DNA from: an uncultured delta proteobacterium
GTDB lineage: Bacteria; Bdellovibrionota; FAC87; UBA2466
NCBI GenBank assembly: GCA_963778115.1
Contig: CAVZSV010000004.1
Span: forward strand, 1,376,001 to 1,440,000
Length of the DNA: 64,000 nucleotides
Reading direction: 5' to 3'
Position 1 is the first letter of the stretch. Each line of letters opens with the position of its first letter. Under the pieces are notes generated by a model that was not told the origin of the DNA, did no database searches, and saw nothing but the letters and a program-made list of their open reading frames with translations. This document shows positions 10,701 to 20,891 of the stretch, one piece after another. The position numbers were made by a program, and so were the translations under genes.

Positions 10701-11094
10701 AGCGAACGATAACCGGAGAGGTCATTCCCGGGGGCATGCTACGAAGGGCGGTATCCGATATGGATGAGATTTGGGCGATAGCACCCCCGATATCGGTACC
10801 TTGCTCAAAGTAAACTCTGAGCAGGCCGATACCCGGAATTGAGCTAGATTCCACTCGTGAAATCCCGCTAACGGTCGTGGACATGGCTCGTTCGCTCAAC
10901 AGAACAACGCGACGCTCCATGTCTTCGGCCGATAAGCCAGGATAACTCCAAACCACGCCGACGACCGGAAGGTCGATGACGGGAAAGATATCCACCAACA
11001 TCGCTTTTAGAGAAAGAATTCCTGCTATCAGAATCGCTAAACAGCCAACCCCAATCGTATAGGGTCGCCTAAGTGCAAGCCGGACTATCCACAT
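7795..11094 (-). CDS. RND efflux permease (AcrB/AcrD/AcrF family)
   Basis: MWIVRLALRRPY, GMLVDDATVEVENI, RLRPVLMTA; 1099 aa. Confidence 0.95.
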   Translation of the reverse strand: MWIVRLALRRPYTIGVGCLAILIAGILSLKAMLVDIFPVIDLPVVGVVWSYPGLSAEDMERRVVLLSERAMSTTVSGISRVESSSIPGIGLLRVYFEQGTDIGGAIAQISSISDTALRSMPPGMTSPVIVRFNASNVPVVQMTLSSETIPEEKLFDFGLNFIRIRLFTIPGLSVPAPYGGKSRQINIDVNPTQLTAKGLSPADVVNALQASNLILPAGTARIGGKEFNVTLNSSPSTVKLFEDIPVKIVGGATVMLGDVAKVNDSFADQTNIVRVNGHRATYLNILKKANASTLTVVNGVKALLPLIRATAPKGMNVRMDFDQSGFVTASIESVLREAVIAAFLVSVMILFFLGSWRSVFVVCTSIPLAILCSIVGLMVTGNSINIMTLGGLSLAIGMLVDDATVEVENIHRNRALGFPLTVAILRGAQQIALPAIMATLAICIVFFPVVLLTGPARFLFTPMAEAVVFAMLASYLLSRTLVPLLSRMMLGHEHHGGHAAPPPVPQDFVPSTGRFAKLHDWRKQTFSPERIHRYNEWREGLFQKMQDRYSSILEVALKYRSFTLWMFGTSCALSLFLVFLIGVDFFPTTDTGIMKLHFRAPVGTRIEETEKLVARAEQKIRDIVPDDELSTINSMIGVPVNYNLAFVPTDNVAPMDAEMLIALNEGHRPTVSYMKKIRREMANEFPGASVFFQPADIVSQVLSFGLSAPIDVQIEGSDLSKTFAYARELRDSMKMVPGAVDVNIKQVFDYPQIKLEADRVRAAQVGLTQRDIANTMLISLSSSTMVAPSFFLNPLNSVNYSVAVKVPLVKLTSVDDLLLTPVTGTPIGRSATPGSVPSAQAQTLGNIATLHTGTGLNQISHTNVQRVVDVTANVEDRDIGSVVSGIRGAIRKLGELPAGVKISVRGQSEVIQEAFTNLGMGLILAIILVYLLMVILFQTWIDPFIVIFAIPGALAGILWMLLLTGTTFNVVSFMGSIMAVGIAASNSILLVSFANEVRVEKGLDPITAALEAGRTRLRPVLMTALAMILGMLPTALGLGEGGEQNAPLGRAVIGGLLVATVVTLLVVPVIYSYLRVKMPSAHLMDAQLEKEEAEVPSHA

Positions 11095-11260
11095 CTATTA
11101 TTACCCTCCCGCCCACGCGTAGCATCCTATTCGAACGAGGATTTTTGTCGACTCGAAAATGTTTGCGTTGAATACAGTGCATCTGCAGTCACAGCAGACA
11201 GGAGCATACCGTTTAAGAAAAAATTACGTTAGTGTACCCGCTCATTGGAGGAGGTTTGCC

Positions 11261-12265
11261 ATGAGAGGATTTTCCGTTTGCGCGGTTCTTCTAAATTTTA
11301 TTGTGGTTGCAGCTTACGGTGGTTCGCTAATTCACCAAAGTGATAAGTCGACCGCCACAGCGACTCCTTTAGGGCAGTCAGTAGAACTGCATACGGTAAA
11401 TAAATCCTTTCGCTTTGACTTCGGACCGATCTCAGGCGATCCGCTCGTCGACTTTCCTCCGATTACTTCCCAGACGCAAAGGCTGTGGCTTATCGAGACC
11501 ACGCAAGACGATAAAAGACGGCCTGATCAAGAAAAGGGCCCGTCCTTCTGCGAAATGAAAGCCCTGGACGTTCGCAGCAAGAAGCCTTTATGGACCCTCA
11601 AAGATCTAGCCGACCGCTGTCAGATCCATTCGAATTACTTCTTGGTAACTACCGTGGATGAAGGATGCTGTGGATCCGATGACTCCTACCGAGCCTATAG
11701 CGAACTAACCGCCGATTACCTTTTCTCGTACAATTTCCGTACTCAAATCGATCTACCGATTGTCCTTCGCCAGGACGCTTTTAATCCCAATGGCTTTCGC
11801 TTTTTGGCCTATCAAGATAATTACTGGCCTTCGCGCGACAAACTCACTTTTAGCGATGGGAACCTCCAACTTGCTGGTGTTCTGACGTACGCGAGCCCTC
11901 TGAAAGCGATTCAGAAAGTGGCGATACTCTTAGATAGTAAAGCTTGGGGAGATCCGTCCCAAGAGCCTGATGACATCAGGGTAATGTCGAAAAACAAACA
12001 ATGGGACTTTCAAAGTGGGCAAAGCGGAAAAAAAAACGCAACCTATGAAGTGGAATATTGGAACGATAAAACGCCACCCCGTACTTCAAAGACGGCGTTT
12101 TCCGATCTCACGATAACACTCACCTTTGACGAGGATTCGATATCGATTCCGCTAAAAGAAGATAGGTTGGATCTGTCTCAGGCCCAAATTAAAGCCAAGT
12201 TCTATAAAAAGGTAGTCGAGCTTCCCCAAGCGCTTTGGAAGCCGAAAGACCTCAAAGTTCACTAA
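11261..12265 (+). CDS. Hypothetical secreted protein
   Basis: GGAGG precedes ATG 11261; signal peptide; GCCGS motif. Confidence 0.7.
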   Translation: MRGFSVCAVLLNFIVVAAYGGSLIHQSDKSTATATPLGQSVELHTVNKSFRFDFGPISGDPLVDFPPITSQTQRLWLIETTQDDKRRPDQEKGPSFCEMKALDVRSKKPLWTLKDLADRCQIHSNYFLVTTVDEGCCGSDDSYRAYSELTADYLFSYNFRTQIDLPIVLRQDAFNPNGFRFLAYQDNYWPSRDKLTFSDGNLQLAGVLTYASPLKAIQKVAILLDSKAWGDPSQEPDDIRVMSKNKQWDFQSGQSGKKNATYEVEYWNDKTPPRTSKTAFSDLTITLTFDEDSISIPLKEDRLDLSQAQIKAKFYKKVVELPQALWKPKDLKVH

Positions 12266-12333
12266 TCCTTTCCAGACCAACCCCTATGGGTTAAAAGTAG
12301 CTCGTTTTCGAATTCGCATACCAGGGGGAGATT

Positions 12334-13110
12334 ATGTCAAAACGAGCTATGGTAACCGGGGCCAGTGAAGGAATCGGGCACTCTTTCGCCAAACGGCTAG
12401 CCAAAGAAGGTTATCAGGTGACCGCTGTCGCCCGAACGGAAGCAAAGTTGAAGCAGCTCTTAAGCGAAATCGGATCCACTCATGCTTATATAGTGGCCGA
12501 TCTCTCCACCGAGGAAGGGCAAGACAAAGTCGCTATGGCTCTGAAGGAGCAGCACTTCGATCTACTGATCAATAATGCGGGAGTGGGAACCGTGGGGGCT
12601 TTCTTTCAAGTGCCTTTGCAAAAGCAGAAGAAAATGCTGCGGCTCAATTGCGAAGCGGTCATGGTCCTCTCACACGCCTATTTGGAAACCGCGAAACCCG
12701 GCGATACTCTGGTCAACGTCTCTTCCACCTTAGCTTTCTTGCCCCTTCCTGCGATTGGCCTCTATTCGGCCACCAAGGCCTTTGTCACTTCATTTACAGA
12801 ATCCCTGTGGTACGAGCAGAAAGAGCGAGGGGTGTACGTCATGGGGCTTTGTCCGGGAGTCACCTCCACGAATTTCCAAGTCAATTCCGGAGGCAAAGCG
12901 GAAGATGTCCCTCAAGGACTGGCGCAAACCCCGGATGAGGTGGTGGATACCGCTCTAAAGGCCATCGGCGCTCGAAAACAGCCGACCGTCATTTCAGGCA
13001 TCAAGAACCGGGTTTTTGCAGGAATAAGCCGGGCCATGAGTCGTCGTTCGACCGTAAACATGATGGGAAAGATGGGAGCCCGCACGATGGCACCCCCTAC
13101 AAACCATTGA
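12334..13110 (+). CDS. Short-chain dehydrogenase/reductase
   Basis: TGASEGIG, NNAG, YSATK. Confidence 0.93.
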   Translation: MSKRAMVTGASEGIGHSFAKRLAKEGYQVTAVARTEAKLKQLLSEIGSTHAYIVADLSTEEGQDKVAMALKEQHFDLLINNAGVGTVGAFFQVPLQKQKKMLRLNCEAVMVLSHAYLETAKPGDTLVNVSSTLAFLPLPAIGLYSATKAFVTSFTESLWYEQKERGVYVMGLCPGVTSTNFQVNSGGKAEDVPQGLAQTPDEVVDTALKAIGARKQPTVISGIKNRVFAGISRAMSRRSTVNMMGKMGARTMAPPTNH

Positions 13111-13126
13111 AATGGCCCAAAAAGCC

Positions 13127-13155
13127 TTGATTTGCCGGGCCGAAAGAGTATGTTT
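13127..13155 (+). promoter_or_regulatory. Possible sigma70 promoter for the thrS operon
   Basis: TTGATT-N17-TATGTT. Confidence 0.35.
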
Positions 13156-13303
13156 TTACTATTAATGAAGTCCAATTCTACATACGTCCTCTGTCACGGT
13201 CCTAGCTCGAGTGCCTGGTGGAACATGTTGTCTATCTGTTCTGGACGGGACGTCCAGTCAGCTTTCCCCTCTCACTTATGTCGTTAGTTCCCTCTCTCCT
13301 CGC

Positions 13304-15228
13304 ATGAAGTCGATTAACGTAACGCTGCCTGACGGGTCAAAACGCGCTGTGGACGCCGGAACCACGCCTCAAAAAATTGCCTTGGCGATTGGTAAACGGC
13401 TCGAAGAGGCAGCAGTTGCCGCTAAAGTTGATGGCAAAGTCGTCGATCTCAATTTTCCGCTCAATCAAGATTGCGCCATTAGCATTTTAACGCGCGACTC
13501 TAAAGAGGGGCTTGAAGTCATTCGCCATTCCACTGCCCATCTTTTAGCGATGGCGGTTAAAGAACTTTTTCCCGAGACCCAAGTGACGATAGGACCGGTC
13601 ACTGAAGACGGATTCTATTATGACTTCGACAGACCCTCGCAGTTTGTGCCCGAGGATCTTCCCAAGATAGAAGCGAAGATGAACGAGATTGCGGGTCGCA
13701 AGCTCGACATCAAGCGGGCGGAATACCAAGAGATCGGAAGTCATCCCGATGTTTCGGGACATGAAAGAAAATTTTAAAGTCGAGATCATTCAAGACCTCC
13801 CCGGTGAAGTTTTTAGTACTTATCAGCAGGGAGATTGGGTCGACCTTTGTCGCGGCCCTCACGTTCCGAACACTTCGAAGCTGGGAAAATTTAAACTGCT
13901 CTCCATCGCCGGTGCTTATTGGCGCGGCGATGAAAAGAATAAAATGCTCCAGCGTATTTATGGAACCGCTTTCGCCACGCAAAAGGAGCTTGATGAATAT
14001 TTGCGCCGACATTGAAGAGGCCAAAAAGCGTGATCACCGGAAGCTCGGACCAGAACTAGGCCTGTTCACTTTCTTGCCGGTCGCCCCGGCAATGCCATTT
14101 TTTCTGCCCAAAGGGGCGACACTTTTTCAACTCCTTTCCAATTTCATGCGCGAAGAGATGCGCCCTCGAGGTTACCAAGAGGTCATCTGTCCTCAGTTAA
14201 TGAGTACCGAACTTTGGAAGACAAGTGGACACTTGAACTACTACCGCGAGAATATGTTTATCGTTGAGCAGGAGGGCTCGACCGACATGGTCGTGAAGCC
14301 CATGAACTGCCCCGGCCACTGTGCTCTTTACGCTTCCGGCAAATATAGCTACCGGGACCTTCCCCTCCGTTTTTCTGAATTCACCCGACTGCACCGTTTC
14401 GAACGGGCCGGTGTCACTCACGGTCTATTGCGTACGCGCGTGTTTAGTCAGGACGATGCTCACATCTTTTGTTCCGAAGATCAGATTCTCTCGGAATCGG
14501 TAGCTCTTATCGAACATACCCGCGAAGTTTATCGAAAGTTCGGATTTACCGACCTTGTGGTGATGCTGGCCACTCGTCCCGAAAAGTATGCGGGTACTAT
14601 CGAAAACTGGGATCGCGCCATCAAATCATTGGAACAAAGTCTAGAACAGACCAAGCAGCCTTTTACTTTTAATCACGGTGAGGGGGCCTTTTACGGTCCC
14701 AAAATTGAATTCCACGTCAAAGATAGTATCGGACGATCGTGGCAGTGCGGAACCGTTCAACTTGATTTCTATCTTCCCTCTCAGTTTCGGCTGGATTACA
14801 TCGATACGGATGGCAAATCCAAACAGCCTGTGATGATCCACCGCGCCATTTTAGGAAGCTTTGAACGCTTCATGGGAATTTTGATAGAGCATCACGCGGG
14901 CCACTTACCCCTGTTTGTGAGTCCGCTGCAGGCGGTCATTATTAATGTGACAGACGATCAAGCGGAATATGCCCAAAAAGTGGAAACGGAATTAAAGGGC
15001 TGGGGCATGCGTGTGGAACGTGACGGCCGCAATGAAAAGTTGGGCTACCGCATTCGCGAAGCGCAGTTAAAACGGATCCCGCTCATGTTGGTGCTGGGCG
15101 CCAAAGAGAAAGATAGCCAGACCCTGTCGGTGAGAAAACACACCGGCGAAACCTTAAACGATATGACCTTGAACGCCTTCAAAACTTTCATTGAAGGAGA
15201 ACTAAAACCCGGAGGGACTAACCATTAA
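13304..15228 (+). CDS. thrS: Threonine--tRNA ligase (two apparent frameshifts, near 13725 and 14010)
   Basis: TGS domain, [33 protein letters not shown] and [11 protein letters not shown] are spread over three frames. Confidence 0.93.
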
Positions 15229-15879
15229 CCCCAAATACCCATCAAGCAGCCAAGACAACATCCGAATTAATTACCGTATCCGAGCTAGAGAGGTCCGCGT
15301 CATCGGCGCTGACGGTTCTCAGTTAGGAATTATGGAAACTAAGGCTGCCATACAGCTAGCGGAAAGCCAAGACCTCGACCTGGCGGAAGTGGCTCCCACC
15401 TCCAATCCACCTGTCTGCAAGATTTTAGATTTTGGAAAGTTTAAGTACCAGCAGAAGAAGAAACAGAAAGCAGCCAAGAAGAAACAAGTAGTTACGAGTC
15501 TTAAAGAGGTCCAATTCCGACCCCAAACGGACACGCACGATATCGACTTCAAGGTGAAGCACATTAGCGTTTTCTGGCGGAAGGAAACAAGGTAAAAGTC
15601 TCGGTTCGGTTTCGCGGCAGAGAGGCCAGTCACGCCGATTTAGGGCATGCTTTGATCAAGCAGATTATTGACATGGTTGGGATCTCCGGTATTGTGGAAC
15701 AGAATCCGAAAATGGAAGGGAAGATCCTTTCTATGATTTTCGGGCCTAATCCTAAGGCCAAGAAGCCAGGGACGGCAAAGCCAACCGCGGATGCAAAGGC
15801 CGCCGAGACAGTGCCTGCGACACCGGTACGGTCGGGGGCGGTAGACGCTCCCTCAGAAGGTAACAAAGTCGGACAGTAA
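15224..15879 (+). CDS. infC: Translation initiation factor IF-3 (ATT start; apparent frameshift near 15567)
   Basis: GGAGG at 15211 then ATT 15224, in frame with RINYRIRAREVRVI and PPVCKILDFGKFKY. Continues as RFLAEGNKVKVSVRFRGRE after a one-base shift. Confidence 0.9.
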
Positions 15880-15960
15880 GTGGTTCGACCGAAATGCCGG
15901 CCAGTAGAGTCGACAAGAGTTGGCAGTTGACGAACGAGTTAGTCGAAGGAAGTGCGATTT

Positions 15961-16159
15961 ATGCCGAAGATGAAAACAATATCCTCCGCGAAAAAGAGAT
16001 TTCGCGTTACTGGTAGTGGCAAGATTAAGCGGTCCAAAGCGTATCACAATCACTGCTTGGAACATAAATCGTCCGCCCAAGGTCGAACGTCTTCGTCAAA
16101 CCGCCATCGTTGATGCAAGTAACGAGCGTCAAATTAAACGCATGCTCCTTTTGGCTTAG
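15961..16159 (+). CDS. rpmI: 50S ribosomal protein L35 (apparent one-base insertion near 16087)
   Basis: [24 protein letters not shown]...H, then [20 protein letters not shown] in the shifted frame. Absent from the ORF track. Confidence 0.9.
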
Positions 16160-16195
16160 CCATTAGGCAGGATTTTTTAGTAAAGGTTTGTTGGT

Positions 16196-16552
16196 ATGCC
16201 TAGAGTTAAACGTGGTCCCGCGGGACGCAATAAACGCAAAAAGTTATTGGATCGGGCGGAAGGTTTCTATGGTAGCGCCCGTAAAACCGTCAAGGTAGCG
16301 CGTGAGTATACTCATCGCGCCGATCGTTATGCCTATCGTGATAGGAAAACGTTGAAGCGTGAAATGCGGTATCTTTGGCAAATCAGAATTAATGCTGCTT
16401 GCAGACTTCACAACCTGAGTTACTCAAAGTTTGTTTCTGGCCTAAAGAAAGCAAATATCGAATTGGACCGTAAAATTTTGGCGGATATTGCCGTCAGAAA
16501 TCCGGACCATTTCACTCGGCTTGTGGAGCTTGCGCAGCCACAGGCTGCATGA
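16196..16552 (+). CDS. rplT: 50S ribosomal protein L20
   Basis: [34 protein letters not shown]. Confidence 0.97.
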   Translation: MPRVKRGPAGRNKRKKLLDRAEGFYGSARKTVKVAREYTHRADRYAYRDRKTLKREMRYLWQIRINAACRLHNLSYSKFVSGLKKANIELDRKILADIAVRNPDHFTRLVELAQPQAA

Positions 16553-17574
16553 TCGAAAATATAGAACGCATTCGGGAAGAAGCCCGAAATCAAATCTCGT
16601 CGTGCCCGACCCCTCAGGATCTGGACAGGTTACGTGTCCATTATTTGGGGAAGAAAGGGCTCATCACCACTTTATTGCATCAGCTCAAAGATGTGGATCA
16701 GGGCAAACGCAAAGAGCTCGGAGCCATTCTCAATCAGGTCAAAACTGACTTTGAAAAAGATATCGACGTCCGGCAATCGGAATTGGAACGTGTGGTGGTC
16801 GAACGGGAAGTCGCCAAGACCGAGCCCATCGACGTTACCCTCTCCGGTCAGTACGCCATTGGAGTCGGCTCGCTCCATCCCGTCACGCGAATTACTCAGC
16901 AGCTGGTCTCCTGTTTGAGGAGGGTCGGTTACTCCATCGCCACGGGTCCTGAAGTCGAGACGGAATACTATAATTTTGAAGCGCTCAATACTCCTGCGGA
17001 TCATCCTGCCCGGGATCTCCAAGATACTTTTTACATTGCGCCCTCTATTCTTTTGAGGTCACATACTTCGCCGGTGCAGATTCGCACGATGAAGACGCGC
17101 ACTCCTCCTTTGGCCGTGATGGCGATCGGAAAGGTTTACCGCGCTGACTACGATGTCACCCACACCCCCATGTTTCATCAGATGGAAGGTCTTATGGTGG
17201 GAACCGATATCTCTCTGGCCGATCTGAAGGGAGTTCTCCACTACGTGGTCAAAAACCTTTTTGGCGCGCGCCCTCTTCGATTTCGTCCCAGTTTTTTCCC
17301 TTTCACGGAGCCAAGTGCCGAAGTTGATATGCAATGTTTCCAATGTAAGGGAAGCGGGAAGGATTGCCGCCTTTGCAAGAGCACCGGTTGGCTCGAGATT
17401 GGCGGATGCGGCATGGTCCATCCGAATGTCTTCAAAGCGGTAGAGTACGAAGCGGATCTTTATACCGGTTTTGCCTTTGGTTTGGGAATTGAACGAATCG
17501 CCATGTTGAAATACGGAATGGATGATTTGCGATCCCTTTATGAAAATGACTTAAGAATGTTGGAGCAGTTCTAG
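16549..17574 (+). CDS. pheS: Phenylalanine--tRNA ligase alpha subunit
   Basis: [42 protein letters not shown]. Confidence 0.97.
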   Translation: MIENIERIREEARNQISSCPTPQDLDRLRVHYLGKKGLITTLLHQLKDVDQGKRKELGAILNQVKTDFEKDIDVRQSELERVVVEREVAKTEPIDVTLSGQYAIGVGSLHPVTRITQQLVSCLRRVGYSIATGPEVETEYYNFEALNTPADHPARDLQDTFYIAPSILLRSHTSPVQIRTMKTRTPPLAVMAIGKVYRADYDVTHTPMFHQMEGLMVGTDISLADLKGVLHYVVKNLFGARPLRFRPSFFPFTEPSAEVDMQCFQCKGSGKDCRLCKSTGWLEIGGCGMVHPNVFKAVEYEADLYTGFAFGLGIERIAMLKYGMDDLRSLYENDLRMLEQF

Positions 17575-20010
17575 ATGTTGCTTTCCATAAACTGGCTACG
17601 AGACTATCTGCTTAAGTCAGACGTTAAGATCGATTCCAAAATTTTAGCCGACCAGATGACCATGCGCGGGCTCCAAGTGGCCTCCATTAAACGTCCCGCT
17701 TTTGGTTTAGAGAATGTCATTGTCGGCCGCATCGAAAAAATTGAAAAACATCCCAACGCCGATAGGCTTCAGATTACCCAAGTTATTTTTAAAGAGGGAG
17801 ATGCTCCCCATCAGATAGTCTGCGGAGCCAAGAATATTGTCGAAGGCGATATTGTTCCTGTGGCACTTCCCGGCGCTATTCTTCCCGGAGACCTCGAAAT
17901 CAAGATTTCAACTATTCGAGGAGTGGAATCTAGGGGAATGATCTGCTCCGCAAAGGAACTAGGCATTTCGGAAGAGTCCGAAGGCATTTTGCAGCTTCCT
18001 AAGCACGCCGTTTTGGGAGAATCCGTTATCCGGCTTTTGGGCGGACATACTTCCGACGACTCTATCTTAGAGTTTGAACTCACTCCGAATCGGGGCGACT
18101 GTTTGAGTGTCATTGGAATGGCGAGAGAAATAGCTCCCCTTTTAAAGACCAAATTAAGAGAGCCTAAGCCTCCCCGATTTCGCATCACTCCTCACCGAAC
18201 GTCTTCCATCATCAAAGTGGAAGTCGATGATCCCGCGTTATGCCCTAGGTATGTCGCGCGAGTGATCGATAATTTGAAAGTAGTGGAAAGTCCGGATTGG
18301 ATTAAACAGCGATTGCAGTCTGTCGGGATCCGCCCGATTAACAATATTGTCGATATCACCAACTTCGTAATGATCGAATACGGGCAGCCTCTTCACGCTT
18401 TCGATCTAAGAAAGATCGAATCGGGAACGATTCGAGTAGCCGCTTGCAAAGGGGAGCAGGATTTTGTGCTCCTCAACGGGGAAAAGGTAGCCCTTCAACA
18501 AGGCGACATCCTGATTCAAGACGGTGAACGGCCTATTGCCCTTGCTGGAATTATGGGAGGAGCCAACTCCCATATCGAAAACGACACGACATCCATTGTT
18601 CTGGAGTCGGCCCTCTTTCCTCCGGGACAGATCCGTAAGACCGCAAAACGGCTGGGACTTAGTACCGAAGCTTCCAAACGATTTGAGCGCGGAATCGATA
18701 TTGTCGCGGTAGCGTTGGCTAGCGATAGAGCCGCGGCTCTGCTTCAAGACAGCGTAAATGCCAATGTTTACCATCCTCCCATCGATACCGGTGAGGAAGG
18801 GTATCGGGAGCCCGTACTGGCCGTAGACATGCGAGAGGTGCGAAAGATTACAGGCCTTCGCTTAACTTCCGAAACAGTAGCCGATGCGTTGGAAGAGATC
18901 GGAATCACTTCCCACAAGAAGTCGACCAATATTCTTTCTGTCAGACTGCCCAGTTATCGTAACGATCTGGTCGAGAGCATCGACATTGTCGAAGAGGTGG
19001 CCCGGCTCATTGGATATGAATCCATTCCGCAAAATTATCCATTAGCGGAATCGGCGTTTGACCGTTTAGACGAAAGTGATTTTGAATTCGAGCATCGAGT
19101 TAAGAATCTAATGTCTCAATGGGGGCAGCACGAAACGATTCATTATAGTTTCGTTTCCGAGGAACTGCTCAAACGCTATGGTTCCTTAAAAGAAGATGCG
19201 GTGTTCTTGAAAAATCCGCTCAGTGAAGAGATGAAGGTACTTCGGACGAGCCTTCTTCCGTCACTTCTACAGACTTATCTCTATAATAAGAATCGGAAGA
19301 CGGCGGATCAGCGGCTTTTCGAGCTTTCTCATCTGTTTTTCAAAGACCCCGACGAAAAAGAAACTGGCATTCGTGAAATTCAACATCTAGCTGCTCTTTT
19401 TTCCGGAGGAGTTTCTTCACTCCATTGGAAAGGTAAACCTAAGGAAGTTGATTTCTACTTCGCCAAAGGTGTCGTCGAAATGTTGGTTCGCGAATTGACG
19501 ACAGTGTATCTGGCTTACGAGCCTCTAAAAAACCATCGCCTTTTTCATCCCGCAAGAAGCGCTGTACTTAAGTTGGGGGTTCGTGAGGTTGGCTATTTAG
19601 GAGAGGTTCACCCCTATATCCGAAAACAGCTTCTCGACACCCAGGAGCCCGTGGTCCTCTTTGAACTTAATCTAGACGCGCTTCGAAAATATGAACGCAG
19701 TGGGATTCGGTATAAATCGCCTTCGAAATTTCCGGCGGTAGAACTAGATCTCGCTTTCACCATGGACTTAAGTATCGCCTCCAATCTTTTTGTGGATTCA
19801 ATTCGCCATGCGGGAGGGTCGCTACTCTCTGACATTGCCATTTTCGATGTCTATCAGGGCGAGCATATCCCTGCTGGCAAAAAGAGTGTCGCTTTTCGTC
19901 TGTCTTTCCAATCTACCGAGCGCACGTTGAATGATGATGAAGTCGTTCAACTAAAAGATAAGATCATTAGCACAGTGAAAGATAAATTCTCCGCCGATTT
20001 GCGATCCTAA
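17575..20010 (+). CDS. pheT: Phenylalanine--tRNA ligase beta subunit
   Basis: HPNADRL, IVCGA, TPNRGDCLS, ASKRFERG and a C-terminal FDX-ACB-like domain. Confidence 0.97.
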   Translation: MLLSINWLRDYLLKSDVKIDSKILADQMTMRGLQVASIKRPAFGLENVIVGRIEKIEKHPNADRLQITQVIFKEGDAPHQIVCGAKNIVEGDIVPVALPGAILPGDLEIKISTIRGVESRGMICSAKELGISEESEGILQLPKHAVLGESVIRLLGGHTSDDSILEFELTPNRGDCLSVIGMAREIAPLLKTKLREPKPPRFRITPHRTSSIIKVEVDDPALCPRYVARVIDNLKVVESPDWIKQRLQSVGIRPINNIVDITNFVMIEYGQPLHAFDLRKIESGTIRVAACKGEQDFVLLNGEKVALQQGDILIQDGERPIALAGIMGGANSHIENDTTSIVLESALFPPGQIRKTAKRLGLSTEASKRFERGIDIVAVALASDRAAALLQDSVNANVYHPPIDTGEEGYREPVLAVDMREVRKITGLRLTSETVADALEEIGITSHKKSTNILSVRLPSYRNDLVESIDIVEEVARLIGYESIPQNYPLAESAFDRLDESDFEFEHRVKNLMSQWGQHETIHYSFVSEELLKRYGSLKEDAVFLKNPLSEEMKVLRTSLLPSLLQTYLYNKNRKTADQRLFELSHLFFKDPDEKETGIREIQHLAALFSGGVSSLHWKGKPKEVDFYFAKGVVEMLVRELTTVYLAYEPLKNHRLFHPARSAVLKLGVREVGYLGEVHPYIRKQLLDTQEPVVLFELNLDALRKYERSGIRYKSPSKFPAVELDLAFTMDLSIASNLFVDSIRHAGGSLLSDIAIFDVYQGEHIPAGKKSVAFRLSFQSTERTLNDDEVVQLKDKIISTVKDKFSADLRS

Positions 20011-20139
20011 CGCTCCTCCCTAACGACAATGCGTCGCGTTGACTGACGTAGGAACGCGATGTTGTTGTTTCGACTCGATTTTTCTATAATACAGTCTCGA
20101 GCAGCCTAACCAAGCATCACGAAAATCCTGGGAGCCAAC

Positions 20140-20850
20140 ATGAAGAACGAATCCAACTATGAATTGCCGTCACCTGGGGAAAAATTGTCGTACAAATTTA
20201 TCATGGATGCGATGAAAGATAGGCTCGCTCGCCGCGCAGAAAATTTGAATTCACCTTGCGAATCTCAAGCGGCTCCCGAGATGCCCATGCAAAGTGAAGA
20301 GCCAAATGAGATTTTATCGACGGAACCAGACGCTCAACAGATCCAGGACGAAGTTTGCGGAACTCAAGCCGATCCCATCGTCTCGGCCGGCAGCCAGATC
20401 GAGATTCCAGATTTAGGAATAGCTCCTCAAGAATTAGCTGAAGCTAAAGTCGACCAACCCATCACGATGCCGGAACTGAATCTCCCTCAAGACAAAAAGT
20501 ATTTCCGGATCGGTGAAGTCTCCGAAATTGTCGGAGTAGAACCTTACGTTCTGCGTTACTGGGAGAATGAATTTTCCACTGTCCGTCCGACTAAATCCAA
20601 AAGTGGGCAGCGAGTCTACGCTCGCAAGGACGTCGAGAGCCTCTACTACATCCGCCATCTGCTTCACGTCGAAAAGTTCAGCATTAAAGGAGCTAAAAAG
20701 AAATTACTTGAAATTCGTCGACAAAATACTCGCGTCCAACATGCCCCATTGACTCAAAAACGAGAGCAGAACTTAAAACAGATGATTCACGAACTCAAAG
20801 AACTTATCCACATGGTGCGAACTGACCCTGGCTTGAGCGAAGAATACTAA
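20140..20850 (+). CDS. MerR-family regulator with a long acidic N-terminal extension
   Basis: PQDKKYFRIGEVSEIVGVEPYVLRYWENEF...GQRVY, the MerR type usually found after pheT/ihfA. Confidence 0.88.
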   Translation: MKNESNYELPSPGEKLSYKFIMDAMKDRLARRAENLNSPCESQAAPEMPMQSEEPNEILSTEPDAQQIQDEVCGTQADPIVSAGSQIEIPDLGIAPQELAEAKVDQPITMPELNLPQDKKYFRIGEVSEIVGVEPYVLRYWENEFSTVRPTKSKSGQRVYARKDVESLYYIRHLLHVEKFSIKGAKKKLLEIRRQNTRVQHAPLTQKREQNLKQMIHELKELIHMVRTDPGLSEEY

Positions 20851-20891
20851 GAGTCAACGCACTGCTCCTCGACTTTGCGTTTAGCTTCCTT

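Noticed and set aside
13211..16159. Alternative genetic code or programmed frameshifting as the cause of split genes
   Set aside because: TAA, TAG and TGA all end normal genes in this window, and the breaks are single-base indels without common signals.
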